A stretch of DNA of 6,093 nt from Selaginella moellendorffii (Eukaryota; Plantae; Lycopodiophyta), in contig NW_003314705.1 of the NCBI RefSeq assembly GCF_000143415.4, positions 1 through 6,093 on the forward strand. Direction: 5' to 3'. Of this stretch, positions 6,056 to 6,093 are shown piece by piece. How positions within the stretch are numbered: the stretch's first letter is position 1; every line of letters begins with the position of its first letter. The notes beneath the pieces are model-generated. The model worked only from the letters and a program-made list of their open reading frames with translations. It did not search any database and was not told the DNA's origin. Both the position numbers and the translations under genes were made by a program.

Positions 6056-6093
6056 CTCAGATAAATTTCACCAAACAGGATAGATTCAAATCA

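Noticed and set aside
1-6093. CRISPR arrays, tRNA/rRNA, transposase, LTR or TIR elements
   Set aside because: No regular repeat-spacer units, RNA-gene signatures, transposon ORFs or paired terminal repeats were seen. The repeats present are PPR motifs and local duplications.

Overview
Compact eukaryotic (land plant) nuclear DNA. The 50-110 nt GT-AG introns, tight gene spacing and an SS-motif-rich PLS PPR gene suggest a lycophyte such as Selaginella (inference). From left to right: (1) the 3' part of a spliced LNK-family clock co-activator gene (+, exons from 59 to stop at 1160) with R1- and R2-like motifs; (2) a cryptic, apparently spliced and possibly decayed gene at about 1262-2070; (3) a degenerate direct copy (2221-2375) of the LNK 3' coding end just upstream of the next gene; (4) an intronless 859-aa PLS-class PPR organellar RNA-editing factor (2508-5087) with about 24 motifs, E1, a truncated E2 and no DYW domain, followed by a hairpin and a second degenerate copy of its E2 start; (5) a convergent two-exon gene on the minus strand (5977-5854 plus 5785-5349), split across two ORFs in the track, that encodes a 186-aa secreted prepro-protein with an RSLK site and an extremely Ile/Val-rich, Cys-containing mature domain I cannot assign to a family. 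Item 5 is the best novelty candidate.
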